From the NCBI GenBank assembly GCA_963664395.2, contig OY761159.2:3744001-3808000 (forward strand): DNA of 64,000 bases, in the 5' to 3' direction. Shown here piece after piece: positions 39,033 to 49,321 of this stretch (positions are counted from its first letter, which is position 1; the number at the start of each line of letters is the position of its first letter). The notes beneath the pieces were generated by a model. It did not search any database. It saw nothing but the letters and a program-made list of their open reading frames with translations, and had not been told where the DNA came from. The stretch comes from Candidatus Binatia bacterium. Lineage in GTDB: Bacteria > Desulfobacterota > Binatia > Bin18. A program made the translations under genes and the position numbers.

Positions 39033-39623
39033 AGGAGGTCACAGGTATACAGTTTCCAGGTATACCCTTCTGACCAGGTTTTCGTCCAGACGTTGTCGCC
39101 CTCCACCCCATCATAGCCAATATGTGCAACCACAGGTCATTCATCTCGATATACGGGTTTCCGTTGAACAATGACAACTTGACGGTCCACTCGTCCTCTC
39201 CACCTGGCACCAGTCCTCTGTCGGATACGTGAGGGTGATCTGATTTCCCCTCACTTCACATCCGAATCGTGTCCTACCTCCCTCTTAAGCTCTAAGTTCT
39301 CAACCATAGGGTCAGGATTCTTGTCCACGTAGTAATGCAAACAGGTGTAAGCTCCGGGCGTGGTCCGACAAGAGGTAGGGTCCCTGGTAAGCAGTCTAAG
39401 TCTTTCACGCCCAGTTCGTCATCATAGGTCAAGGTCACGGTTGTCCCGGAGCTTGTCCTATTGAATTCACACCCATCACTCTTCGGATTCACGGTGTTCA
39501 TATCCGACCGACGAGCATCTCGTCGGGCACGGCGCAAACCTCGGCCCGCGCCGGCACGGCCATGACAAAACTGAACAGTACTGTGAATGTGAGGAAAAAA
39601 TTGAAGCCGTGTCGTCCGCTCAT
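38880..39623 (-). pseudogene. Multiply frameshifted 5' part of the repeat-domain protein (signal peptide, Cys-containing domain, poly-Pro)
   Basis: MSGRHGFNFFLTFTVLFSFVMAVPARA-E leader; coding-like segments spread over all three minus frames; Pro14 tract and Gly-Asn codons out of frame. Confidence 0.5.
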
Positions 39624-39883
39624 ACCCGGTCCGCCCACGTCCAGTCCGCCCATACCCGGAATGACTTTATTCCTGCTGGAAAGCTGCCAAGTACCCTCCA
39701 TCCAAGCACCCTCCATTTGGCTTTCCTTGCGAGATATCAAGGAAGAAGTAGCATGCGCTCTATCATAAGTACAAATCAAGCCGACGACATGTTTGACACA
39801 ATGGACAGGCGTGGACTAGGATGCGGCCATCAACAGTTTCAGTGGGCCTGGCGCGAGGCGCTGACACAAAACAGGAGGGTTTT

Positions 39884-40669
39884 ATGGCGGATGGAAAAGC
39901 ACGGCGTATGTGGGCATTGCCGAACGCGGAACTGACTGTTCCGCAAGCGTTGCTGATGCACGGCGGGGCGCCGGATTTGGTGACCATACCCTGTCCGGCC
40001 TATCTGATTGAACATGAGAAGGGCCTGGTCTTGTTCGACACCGGCTGTCACCCCGCGGTGGCGGATGACCCGGTCGCGCACTGGGGGCCGTTTGCCGAAC
40101 ATCTTCAGGTTTCGTATCCCAAGGAGATGCTGCTCGACCGGCAGATTCAGGCGCTCGGCTACAAGATGTCGGACATTAAGTATGTCCTGATCTCCCATTT
40201 GCATCTCGACCATACGGGCTATATGCACGCCTTCCCCAACGCGACGTTCATTATCATGCAGGACGAGTTGCGCTACGCCTACTGGCCGGAGCCCCACCTG
40301 CGCGATGTGTTTGTGTTCAAAGATATTGTGCCCACGCGGGGCTTTCAGTGGCTTGAGCTCAATGGCGACTTTGACATTTTTGGGGACGGCAGCCTGCATA
40401 TGCTGAAAACTCCGGGGCATACCCCCGGAGAAAGCTCACTGCATGTGCGTCTGCCGAATCGCTCCATCCTCCTGGTTGGCGATACCATCCATCTGCGCGA
40501 ACAATTCAACACCCTGTCCGGGATGCCGCTCGACACCGACCCCGCGGCCTCATCGTTGTCCATCCAACGCCTGCGGGCCATTCGGGACCTGCACGAGTGT
40601 ACGGTCTGGATTTCGCACGACCCGGAAGACTGGGCTGAGCTGCCACACGCCCCAACCGCGATTGAGTAG
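39884..40669 (+). CDS. N-acyl homoserine lactonase family metallo-beta-lactamase
   Basis: LFDTG, SHLHLDH, TPGHTPG, GD, SHD; AGGAGG RBS. Confidence 0.85.
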   Translation: MADGKARRMWALPNAELTVPQALLMHGGAPDLVTIPCPAYLIEHEKGLVLFDTGCHPAVADDPVAHWGPFAEHLQVSYPKEMLLDRQIQALGYKMSDIKYVLISHLHLDHTGYMHAFPNATFIIMQDELRYAYWPEPHLRDVFVFKDIVPTRGFQWLELNGDFDIFGDGSLHMLKTPGHTPGESSLHVRLPNRSILLVGDTIHLREQFNTLSGMPLDTDPAASSLSIQRLRAIRDLHECTVWISHDPEDWAELPHAPTAIE

Positions 40670-40684
40670 GGAGGACGTGCCACT

Positions 40685-41254
40685 ATGCCACTCTACGAAT
40701 ACCACTGCCTGCCATGTGATGCTGTCTTTGAGGAACTCTGCTCCCTGGGTGAGGCCCATACGAAAAAACGGTGTCCGGGCTGTGGGAAAAAAGCGCCCCG
40801 GATCGTCTCCTCTTTTGCCATCTCCCATGGCGCGCGCGGAGAACCCTATGATCCGGTGATTGCCTCGCACAAGAACTCACGTGATCCACGCCCCTTGTGC
40901 ATGCAGCATTCGCAAATCCCGCTGTCCTGCCACATGGATGAGTATTCGGTCAAACGTTTTGCCGCGCATGCAGCGGGAAACGGCAACGCGTTTGACGATA
41001 CCGTCGCTCAGGCCAAAGAAGTACGAAAACAGCGCGGGCTCAAACAGCCCACGTATGCACCGGCGACGCATGGGCATGATCACGACCATGGACACGCGCA
41101 TAGTCATGACACAAACTTTCGACTCCATGGCCAGGCGCAGGTAAATCAGGCGCAGGTACAAGAGCAGCCGCACGACCACTCTCCTGCGCATGCCCACCCT
41201 CACGGGCAGGGGAAGGGCAAGAAGCGTGGGAAGCCGCCAGCTCATGTCCACTAG
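40685..41254 (+). CDS. FmdB-family zinc-ribbon protein with His-rich extension
   Basis: MPLYEYHCLPC..CPGCG; HGHDHDHGHAHSHD tail. Confidence 0.8.
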   Translation: MPLYEYHCLPCDAVFEELCSLGEAHTKKRCPGCGKKAPRIVSSFAISHGARGEPYDPVIASHKNSRDPRPLCMQHSQIPLSCHMDEYSVKRFAAHAAGNGNAFDDTVAQAKEVRKQRGLKQPTYAPATHGHDHDHGHAHSHDTNFRLHGQAQVNQAQVQEQPHDHSPAHAHPHGQGKGKKRGKPPAHVH

Positions 41255-41283
41255 ATCGTCTGTGGCGTGTAGCAACCTTACTG

Positions 41284-41316
41284 AAAGGGCGGCCGTGGGG
41301 TCGCCCTTTTTATTTT
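41284..41316 (+). terminator. Intrinsic terminator
   Basis: AAAGGGCGGCC-GTGG-GGTCGCCCTTTTT. Confidence 0.75.
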
Positions 41317-41324
41317 CTTTGTGT

Positions 41325-41819
41325 ATGGGCGATCATGGGATAGCGTTGAAGGATCGTTGGAAACAGACCCGAGAACGCGTGCTGGCCATCCGCGAAATCC
41401 GGACCAGGGCTGAGGCGGAATTTCACGGCCAGTTTGTTGACTTTGATCCCATCTGGTGCTGGCCCAAACCGGTGCAGGCGGGTGGCCCGCCGATCTTAAT
41501 GGGTGCGGACTCGAAGTGGGCCCCGAAGCGTATTGCCGAATACTGTGATGGGTGGATTCCACTTGACCGCCCGGACCTCGCAAGCAGGCTCGCCGCTATC
41601 CGCGAACAGATGGAGCAGTATGGGCGCTCTATGGACCAATTTGACCTGAGCGTTATTACCGGAGAGGCATTTGCCGGAGAGAACTCGGTAGAAAGCCGCA
41701 TTCAGGAATTGATGACCGTTGGTGCGAATCGTATCCTCTTTCTTATCACTCCGGACGAGCCTGATGCGCAGTGGCCCGTCCTCGAACGATACGCAAAGCT
41801 GATTGCCTCTATTCAATAG
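41325..41819 (+). pseudogene. 5'-truncated LLM-class (F420-dependent-like) oxidoreductase
   Basis: C-terminal half only: FHGQFVDF, WPKPVQ.GGPPILMG, RIAEYCDGWIP. Confidence 0.7.
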
Positions 41820-41873
41820 GGTTGTTCTGGGATAAGGAAAATCACCAGTATAAGTTAAAGAGGAGACCTGAGT

Positions 41874-42290
41874 GTGGCTGACGCAATAAATTTCCCCCGT
41901 CCGGTGCCTCATATTGACGACGAAGAGTTCTGGAATGGCTGTAATCGCGATGAGCTGCTGATGCAGCGTTGCACCGCATGTCAGCAGTTTCGTTGGCTGC
42001 CCAAGCCCATGTGTCCGCATTGCAACGCCCTGGAGCACGAATGGGTAAAAATGAGCGGCAGAGGCAAGGTGTTTTCGTGGACCATCATTGTCCACCCGGT
42101 CCACCCAGCCGCGAATGAAAAGGTGCCGTATAACGTGGCGCAAGTGCAATTAGATGAAGATGCAGACATCATCATGGTGACCAATTTAGTCGATATCGAC
42201 AATGACGCTATCAGGATGGATATGCCGGTTGAGGTCGTCTTTGTTGAACACGAACCTGGGGTCAAGATCCCAAAATTCCGCCCGGTGTAG
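41874..42290 (+). CDS. Zn-ribbon/OB-fold (DUF35, ChsH2-like) protein
   Basis: FW, QRCTAC..CPHC, SGRGKVFSWT, PY. Confidence 0.9.
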   Translation: MADAINFPRPVPHIDDEEFWNGCNRDELLMQRCTACQQFRWLPKPMCPHCNALEHEWVKMSGRGKVFSWTIIVHPVHPAANEKVPYNVAQVQLDEDADIIMVTNLVDIDNDAIRMDMPVEVVFVEHEPGVKIPKFRPV

Positions 42291-42298
42291 GGAGTTGC

Positions 42299-42476
42299 AT
42301 GCAACTCGAACTCGAAAATAAAGTTGTTCTCGTAACGGGAGGCAGCAAAGGAATAGGCCGGGCCGCTACGCTCGGTTTTCTCGCCGAAGGTGTTTCTGTC
42401 CTCCGCACGTGCGGCCTTTATCCACGGTGCCAATATCACCATAGACGGCGGAGCCAACCCTGGGCTGATGGGCTAA
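42299..42476 (+). pseudogene. SDR remnant with a large internal deletion
   Basis: MQLELENKVVLVTGGSKGIGRA..AEG joined out of frame to FLSSARAAFIHGANITIDGG..stop. Confidence 0.8.
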
Positions 42477-42548
42477 GTGCGTGCTGCCTGGGTTGGAGGG
42501 GGCGGCCGCCTTTTTGTCTCCGGCCGTTAGGCGAGTGACAAAAGACGA

Positions 42549-43376
42549 GTGAGCATGAGTCGTATTCCAACCAATCCGGAACTCCTCCGGCGGGTCTTGT
42601 CTGCATTCATTACAAACGAAGTCCATAAAGTCGGCCTGAAGCGGGTGGTTGTGGGTCTCTCAGGTGGGGTGGACTCTGCCTTAAGTGCGTATCTTGCGGC
42701 TGCGGCCCTAGGGCCCGACAATGTGCTGGCCGTGAAAATGCCGTACAAAACGTCGAGCAAAGAGAGTATCGAGCACGCCGACCTGGTGATTGCCGCAACC
42801 GGGATAGCGTCGATTACGGTTGATATTTCAGCCCAGGTAGACGCGTATTTCACCGCCTTCCCCGACGCCGATCATATGCGCCGCGGCAATAAAATGGCTC
42901 GTGAGCGCATGACGATTCTGTATGACCATTCCGCCCGCTGGAATGCGCTCGTGCTTGGCACAAGTAATAAAACAGAGCTACTCCTGGGCTACGGTACGCT
43001 CTTTGGCGATATGGCCTCAGCCATCAATCCCCTTGGCGATTTGTACAAGACGCAGGTCTGGGCCTTGTCCGATTGTGTGGGTGTACCTAAGCCCGTTGTG
43101 ACAAAACAGCCCTCCGCGGACCTGTGGGCCGGGCAGACCGATGAGCAAGAGCTGGGATTTTCCTATCAGCAGGTTGACGAGCTGTTGTATCTCCTGGTCG
43201 ATCTGCGCTACTCCCGTGAGGAATTGCTCGTCGAGGGGTTTCAGGCCGACTTCATTGACCAGATTTCTCGCCGGATCATGAACTCGCAGTATAAACGTCG
43301 CCTGCCGGTCATTGCCAAGGTCTCTCAGCGCACGATTGATCGTGATTTTCGATATGCCCGCGACTGGGGCCGGTGA
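42549..43376 (+). CDS. nadE: NH3-dependent NAD+ synthetase
   Basis: [47 protein letters not shown]. Confidence 0.95.
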   Translation: MSMSRIPTNPELLRRVLSAFITNEVHKVGLKRVVVGLSGGVDSALSAYLAAAALGPDNVLAVKMPYKTSSKESIEHADLVIAATGIASITVDISAQVDAYFTAFPDADHMRRGNKMARERMTILYDHSARWNALVLGTSNKTELLLGYGTLFGDMASAINPLGDLYKTQVWALSDCVGVPKPVVTKQPSADLWAGQTDEQELGFSYQQVDELLYLLVDLRYSREELLVEGFQADFIDQISRRIMNSQYKRRLPVIAKVSQRTIDRDFRYARDWGR

Positions 43377-43377
43377 C

Positions 43378-44232
43378 GTGGCCGGCACGCTCTACATCGT
43401 CGCCACACCCATAGGCAACCTGGAAGACATCACCCTGCGGGCGCTACGTATCCTCAAAACGGTTGACCTGATTGCCGCGGAAGACACGCGCCATACGCGC
43501 AAGCTGCTGACGCACTACGACATTGCGACTCGACTGACGAGCTATCACGATCATAGCGAATCAACCAAAGCCCCAGTGCTCGTAGAAACATTGCTGGCTG
43601 GTAAAAACATCGCTCTTGTCAGTGATGCGGGTACGCCCTGCATCTCCGACCCAGGCTATCGTTTGGTCAAAAGTGCAGCCGAGGCAGACATCCGGATTAT
43701 TCCGATCCCCGGCCCGTCCATGCTGACCGCGTTGATGAGCGTGGGTGGTTTGCCAACCGATCGTTTCGCTTTTGAAGGGTTTTTGCCGGCAAAGAAGGGG
43801 CAGCGCCAAAGAGCGTTACAGGGGCTCCGGCATGAGGAGCGGCTCCTCATTTTTTACGAGTCTCCGCACCGTCTCTTGAATACCCTGGCCGACCTTGAGC
43901 ATATTTTCGGAGACCGGCGCGTCGTCGTTGGTCGAGAGCTGACCAAGAAGTTCGAGGAAATCCTGCGCGGGCGCATCAGTGCGGTTTTCAGCGCGTTCCA
44001 CAACCGACCGGTCAAAGGTGAAGTCGCGCTCCTGGTCGAGGGCTGGGACGGTAAAGATGAGGGTGCTATGGAACAATCCGCAGCAGAATTGATGCAGCAG
44101 TTGTTGACGGAAGGGGTTGGCTTGAAAGAGGCCGCGCGCGCGGTGAGCGAGGTGTGCCAGATCCCCAAACGAGACGCCTATGCCCTGGGGGTAAAGATCA
44201 AAGCGGGCTCAAGGATTGATAATCACGGTTGA
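43378..44232 (+). CDS. rsmI: 16S rRNA C1402 2'-O-methyltransferase RsmI
   Basis: LYIVATPIGNLEDIT, AEDTR, SDAGTP.ISDPG, YESPHR, RELTKKFEE. Confidence 0.96.
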   Translation: MAGTLYIVATPIGNLEDITLRALRILKTVDLIAAEDTRHTRKLLTHYDIATRLTSYHDHSESTKAPVLVETLLAGKNIALVSDAGTPCISDPGYRLVKSAAEADIRIIPIPGPSMLTALMSVGGLPTDRFAFEGFLPAKKGQRQRALQGLRHEERLLIFYESPHRLLNTLADLEHIFGDRRVVVGRELTKKFEEILRGRISAVFSAFHNRPVKGEVALLVEGWDGKDEGAMEQSAAELMQQLLTEGVGLKEAARAVSEVCQIPKRDAYALGVKIKAGSRIDNHG

Positions 44233-44381
44233 AAAGAGAAGGCCGACCGTCAAGCGGGAGGCTGAGTGGATGGACCGGTCGAAAATTGGTATGAAAAAAC
44301 CCAAGACCGTATGATGCCCAGCAGGGCGTTCCAACCCGGAAGACCGGGTAGGGGAGAAACAAAGCAGGAGGAGAAAATAGA

Positions 44382-45517
44382 ATGGCGCTCGACTATGACA
44401 ATATTATTGACGCGGACGGCCACATCCTTGAACCGGCGGACGCCTGGGAGCGGTATATCGATCCCGCCTATCGGGACCGGGCGCTCCGCATTCGGACGCT
44501 TGAGGGGCGGGAAATCCTGGAAATGAACGGCAAGCCGTCGCAATTTTTTGACGTGCGCGTCCTGACCGGTCTGGGCGGCATGGGCAAGGGGACCAAAGAA
44601 ATCGAACGGATGATGCAGCAATCCTATCCCAGGCAGCGCGCCCTTTGGGTCAATGGACCCCAAAGAGCGAGTAGCGCTCTTGGATCAAGAAGGCATTGCC
44701 AAGGCCATTCTATATCCCAGCTTGGGTCTGACCTGGGAGTGCGAGATTGATGACGTCGAGCTGTCCCTGGCGTATGCCAAGGCGTACAACCGCTGGATCT
44801 GTGATTTCTGTTCCGACTCGGACGGTCGCTTGATTGCTATTGCGCATATTTCGCTGGCCGACCCGGTAGCCGCCGCGACCGAGCTTGAACGATCCGTGCG
44901 CGAGGGAGCCAAAGGCGCTTTTATCGCACCCTATACGCTCACGCGTATCCCGCATGCCCATCCTGATCACGATGCCTTTTGGGCGAAGGCCCAAGAGCTT
45001 GAAGTGCCGGTCGCCATCCATCCTATGGCCGAACATCCCAAGATTCGGACCTATCAGCGTTTTGAAGGCATGAAGCACGCACGCTGGATGCAGAATGCGC
45101 TCGGCATGCAGGGGCCCCAGCAGGCGCTCTACGGCATGTTTCAATGGGGGCTGTTCGACCGTTTTCCCCAGATCAAGGTCATCCTGCTTGAGTCCGGTGC
45201 GGGTTGGATAGGGGCGGCGCTGGACCGGATGGATACGACGTATGAAACCAGCCTGGGCGATAATGTGCCGCTCAAGGAAAAACCCAGCGTCTATTTTAAG
45301 CGCCAGTGCTGGATTTCCGGCGATCCGGACGAGCGGGCGCTCGTCGCATATCATTGAGTATGTGGGCAACGATCGGTTCTTCTGGGCGACCGATTACCCC
45401 CACTTCGATCACCCTGGGAACTATATGGAAGAGTTGGAGGAGTTGGTCGCGCCGTTGTCAGAAACCGCGCGTAATAATCTGCTCGGGGACAGCGTCGCCC
45501 AGGTCTACGACATCTGA
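44382..45517 (+). pseudogene. Amidohydrolase_2 family protein with two +1 frameshifts (~44631, ~45343)
   Basis: DADGH, AYNRW, HP, ESGAGW, ATDYPHFD spread over three ORFs. Confidence 0.78.
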
Positions 45518-47001
45518 TCTGCCGGCTCTGTTCGGCTGGGACGCCGCGCCGCGGAGAACAGCGCGTCCGTATCCACGCTATTGGACAAAGTGGCGGCCAT
45601 GTCGTCCAGGGCCGTCTCGACCGTCAATTCGTACTGCAACAACGAGGCGGTATTGGCGCGGAGGCGTTCGAGCCACGCCTGACGATAGGCATCGTTGGCA
45701 AACAGCCCGTGCAGATACGTGCCCTCAATGAGGCCGTCTCGGCTGCGCGCGCCGTCCGTGCCCGCCCCGAGTTGAAACATTGGCCGTGCAAGGGCGCGCC
45801 CGTCTGATTGACCCGTGTGAATTTCGTAGCCGGTGACGGACGCGCCACTCAGGGTGCAGCGTCCGCGAACTGGGCGGACGGTTTTCTCACCGGCCATCGT
45901 TGTCTCAAGGTCAAGCAGCCCGAGGCCGTCTACCGATCCCGTCGGACCATCCACCCCCAACGGATCGTGGAGGCGGCGACCCAACATCTGGAACCCACCG
46001 CAGACACCCAACACACGCCCGCCGTTTCTCACGTGCGCAATGACATCATGCTCCCAGCCTTGAGCCCGCAGGAAGGCCAGGTCGCCCAGAGTTGATTTCG
46101 TGCCGAAGAGGATCACCACATCCACATCACGCGGAATCGGTTGACCGGGCGGGATAAAAGTGAAGTCAACATTCGGCTCCAAACGCAACGGGTCGGCGTC
46201 ATCAAAGTTGGCAATGCGAGACAATAGCGGGGCGGCAATTCGTATCCGTTTGGTGGACGCGGCGTGTACCGGCGGGAGTGACACGGCATCTTCTGCCGGC
46301 AGGCGGGCCGCGGAAGATGTCCAGGGAATCACGCCAAAGCACGGCCAGCCGGTGTGCTGCTCAATGACCGAGACGCCGGCTTTAAACAAGGCCGGGTCGC
46401 CCCGAAACTTATTGACCAGGACCCCGACAATCAGCGCACTATCCTCGGGGTCCAGCACGGTATGCGTACCGACCAGGGCCGCAATGACACCCCCGCGATC
46501 AATATCGCCGACGAGACAGACCGGAGTGCCGGCGCGGCGGGCGAAGCCCATGTTCGCAATGTCACCAGCCCTCAGGTTGACCTCGGCCGGGCTGCCGGCG
46601 CCTTCGACGATGATGAGATCGTGCGCGGCGACGAGACGCCCGAAGCTCTCCATAACGGCTGTCATTAAGTGGCCGCGTCCGGTCAGATAGTCCGCTGCGT
46701 CCAGCATCCCGACCGGCCGGCCGTGGACAACGACCTGTGCGCCCCGGTCGGTCTGTGGTTTTAAGAGCACTGGGTTGAAATCGGGGTGTGGGTCGAGACC
46801 GGCAGCGCGCGCCTGTACGGCTTGCGCCCGACCAATCTCTCCGCCGTTCGCACAGGCGGCCGCGTTGTTGGACATGTTTTGCGGCTTGAACGGTGCAACG
46901 CGCATGCCTCGCTGCTTGGCTATCCGACACAAGCCGGCGACAATGACCGACTTCCCGACGTTGGAGCCGGTTCCCTGGATCATGATAACCTGGGCGCTCA
47001 T
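45505..47001 (-). CDS. cobQ: Cobyric acid synthase
   Basis: QGTGSNVGKS, PFKPQNMS, NPVLLKP, EGAGSPAE, DIDRGG, GVCGGFQMLG, GYEIH, TYLHG. Confidence 0.96.
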   Translation of the reverse strand: MSAQVIMIQGTGSNVGKSVIVAGLCRIAKQRGMRVAPFKPQNMSNNAAACANGGEIGRAQAVQARAAGLDPHPDFNPVLLKPQTDRGAQVVVHGRPVGMLDAADYLTGRGHLMTAVMESFGRLVAAHDLIIVEGAGSPAEVNLRAGDIANMGFARRAGTPVCLVGDIDRGGVIAALVGTHTVLDPEDSALIVGVLVNKFRGDPALFKAGVSVIEQHTGWPCFGVIPWTSSAARLPAEDAVSLPPVHAASTKRIRIAAPLLSRIANFDDADPLRLEPNVDFTFIPPGQPIPRDVDVVILFGTKSTLGDLAFLRAQGWEHDVIAHVRNGGRVLGVCGGFQMLGRRLHDPLGVDGPTGSVDGLGLLDLETTMAGEKTVRPVRGRCTLSGASVTGYEIHTGQSDGRALARPMFQLGAGTDGARSRDGLIEGTYLHGLFANDAYRQAWLERLRANTASLLQYELTVETALDDMAATLSNSVDTDALFSAARRPSRTEPADQMS

Positions 47002-47042
47002 ATTCTCTGAATACGTGGGCCGTTGCGGTGTCGCCTGATAAT

Positions 47043-47480
47043 TTATGCCGCGCAGGGCGACAGGTGCTCTACCGCGGCGCGTGCAACCGGGGCAAACACG
47101 GCGGCTATGGTGTCCATGAGTTGCGAGAGGGGAACCCACTGGCGTTGGCGGTCGGTTTCATATGAGTTCACTTCTCCGATTATCTGCGCCGCAAAAAATG
47201 AAAAGCGTTTGTGCGTGTTTTTCTGCTCCAGCTCAATCGTCTTCAGCAGCGGTCCGGTCCGCACCGTATAGCCGCTCTCTTCCATACACTCACGGGCCGC
47301 TGCTTGCTCCAGTGTCTCGCCCGGATCAACCGTTCCGACCGGGAAGATCCAAGAATCGTGACGCCGCCTGGCGGTAATGAGCAGTATTTGATACTCCCCG
47401 TCCGGCTCTCGACGATACGCAACAACACCGGCCTTTTGCCCTTCGACGCCGCTCAATTGAAAATGGTCTTCGTGAGTCAT
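47043..47480 (-). CDS. NUDIX hydrolase
   Basis: G.VDPGETLEQAAARECMEESG Nudix box. Confidence 0.9.
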   Translation of the reverse strand: MTHEDHFQLSGVEGQKAGVVAYRREPDGEYQILLITARRRHDSWIFPVGTVDPGETLEQAAARECMEESGYTVRTGPLLKTIELEQKNTHKRFSFFAAQIIGEVNSYETDRQRQWVPLSQLMDTIAAVFAPVARAAVEHLSPCAA

Positions 47481-47564
47481 GGGGAGCCATGATGCCGAGG
47501 ACGCCCGCAGGTTGCAAGGCGATATCTTATGTTGATGAGCGAATAAGGAAGAAGGAGGGAATCT

Positions 47565-48947
47565 GTGCACGGATTCGTTATTGCCGGTACGCAGAGTGGT
47601 GTGGGGAAAACCACGCTGACCCTCGGTTTGCTGGCCGCTTTACGAAAACGCGGCTTGTCCGTCCAGCCTTTCAAGATTGGTCCGGACTTTATTGACCCTG
47701 GGCACCACACTGCGGTCGCTGGAGTTCCGTCCAGAAACCTGGATGGCTGGATGTTGCCGCGTGCCTACAACACCGCCGTATTCAACCGCAGTCTGCACGG
47801 CCACGATGTTGGCGTTGTGGAAGGGATGATGGGCCTCTTTGATGGCTATGACGGCAAGAGTGAAGCCGGCAGTACGGCAGAAATGGCCAAGTGGCTGGGA
47901 CTGCCGGTTATCCTTGTGGTCGATGCCTCGGCTCTGGCCCGGAGTGTTGCCGCGCTGATATACGGTTTTCAACATTTCGACCCGGAGCTGAATGTTGCCG
48001 GCGTTCTCTTCAATAAAACAGGCGGGCCGGGCCATCTCCGATATCTCGAAGAAGCCGTATCGGACGTTCCCAATGTCACCATACTCGGCGGACTACCCTT
48101 GGACGAAGCCCTCACTCTGCCCGAACGCCATTTAGGGCTGGTCACCAAAGAAGAGCTGCAATTATCCTCTGAGCAGATCGATCACTTGGCCAGAGTTATA
48201 GAAGATCACCTCGACGTATCCTTACTCCTGAAACTGAGTGCCTTTCCCCAACCCCCAATCCCTAAGCCCCAACCCCGGCCCGGCAGGGCAGCGCTGCCGG
48301 GCTCTCCCGTTCGTTTTGGCATCGCCCGGGATGAAGCGTTCTGTTTCTACTATCCCGAGAATCTGGAACTCTTGGAACAATCAGGAGCGGAACTGGTCTT
48401 CTTCAGCCCGCTGCACGATACGCATCTCCCCCCGAACGTGCACGGTCTCTACCTGGGGGGTGGCTATCCTGAAGTCCACGCCGAGAAATTATCTGCCAAT
48501 ACAACTATGCGTCAGGAGATCAAAGACTTTATACAAGACGGTAAAACTGTGTATGCCGAGTGTGGCGGATTTATGTATTTGACCCAAGGCATTCGAGTTG
48601 TCGAAGGACGGCATTTTCCTATGGTTGGTGTGTATCCGACTGTGGTCCGCATGCTATCGCGTCTGAGTGCACTGGGGTATTCAGAGGTCGATGTGGAGTC
48701 AACCAATGGAATATTCCCATCCATGCGAGTGCGCGGTCACGAATTTCACTACTCGGAATTAGAGCAAGACATTCTTTATGACCCGATCGAGACGCTCTAT
48801 CAGGTCCACACGCGCGCGGCCGATATGCCTCGACCCGAAGGCTATCTGTACAAGCACTGCCTGGCGAGTTATGTGCACCTGCACTTTGGTAGTAATCCGA
48901 CGTTTGCACGCTGCCTTGTCTCCCTGGCTCGCAGCCGTTCCGCTTGA
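47565..48947 (+). CDS. cobB: Cobyrinate a,c-diamide synthase (CobB/CbiA)
   Basis: SGVGKTT, FKIGPDFID, EGMMGLFDG, ERHLGL, AFCFYY, GGYPE, AECGG, HEFHY. Confidence 0.95.
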   Translation: MHGFVIAGTQSGVGKTTLTLGLLAALRKRGLSVQPFKIGPDFIDPGHHTAVAGVPSRNLDGWMLPRAYNTAVFNRSLHGHDVGVVEGMMGLFDGYDGKSEAGSTAEMAKWLGLPVILVVDASALARSVAALIYGFQHFDPELNVAGVLFNKTGGPGHLRYLEEAVSDVPNVTILGGLPLDEALTLPERHLGLVTKEELQLSSEQIDHLARVIEDHLDVSLLLKLSAFPQPPIPKPQPRPGRAALPGSPVRFGIARDEAFCFYYPENLELLEQSGAELVFFSPLHDTHLPPNVHGLYLGGGYPEVHAEKLSANTTMRQEIKDFIQDGKTVYAECGGFMYLTQGIRVVEGRHFPMVGVYPTVVRMLSRLSALGYSEVDVESTNGIFPSMRVRGHEFHYSELEQDILYDPIETLYQVHTRAADMPRPEGYLYKHCLASYVHLHFGSNPTFARCLVSLARSRSA

Positions 48948-48989
48948 CAAGGTAGCGGCCCTCCGATACTAGCAGACCCAAATTTTGCC

Positions 48990-49158
48990 TAAGGTGCCCA
49001 TACGGGGCGAAAAAGGGAAGTCGGTGCGAAGCCGGCGCGGTCCCGCCACTGTGATGGGGGAGCCTGTCTCGATTATGCCACTGCCATGCTGGTGGGAAGG
49101 CCGCTGACAGGCGTTGAGGTGCGAACCTCTGAACCCCTAAGCCAGGAAACCTGCCTGA
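48990..49158 (+). ncRNA. Cobalamin riboswitch
   Basis: AGGTG..AAAAGGGAAGTCGGTGCGAAGCCGGCGCGGTCCCGCCACTGT..GCCACTG..GGGAAGG..AAGCCAGGAAACCTGCC, upstream of a TonB-dependent receptor. Confidence 0.95.
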
Positions 49159-49321
49159 AGCCCTTAACCAGCCTCTCCGCGGAGGGAGAAAGGTTACAGC
49201 GTGTTATCTCTTTGGCTACGCGGGCTATTCCGACCCACTCCGGGCGGCTTTCAGCAGTCTCCAATACACGCCACGCCTGTTTCTCTTCTCTTCAAGCGGA
49301 AGGTTTCTCCGAGGAGGGGAG

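Noticed and set aside
37236-39174. Long plus-strand ORFs (e.g. 38052..39116, 37807..38637)
   Set aside because: Antisense shadows of the GC-rich repeat gene with no independent motifs
39470-39500. TGA ending ORF 39498..39779 as a possible Sec codon
   Set aside because: No matching hairpin; coding sense continues in another frame, so a frameshift explains it better
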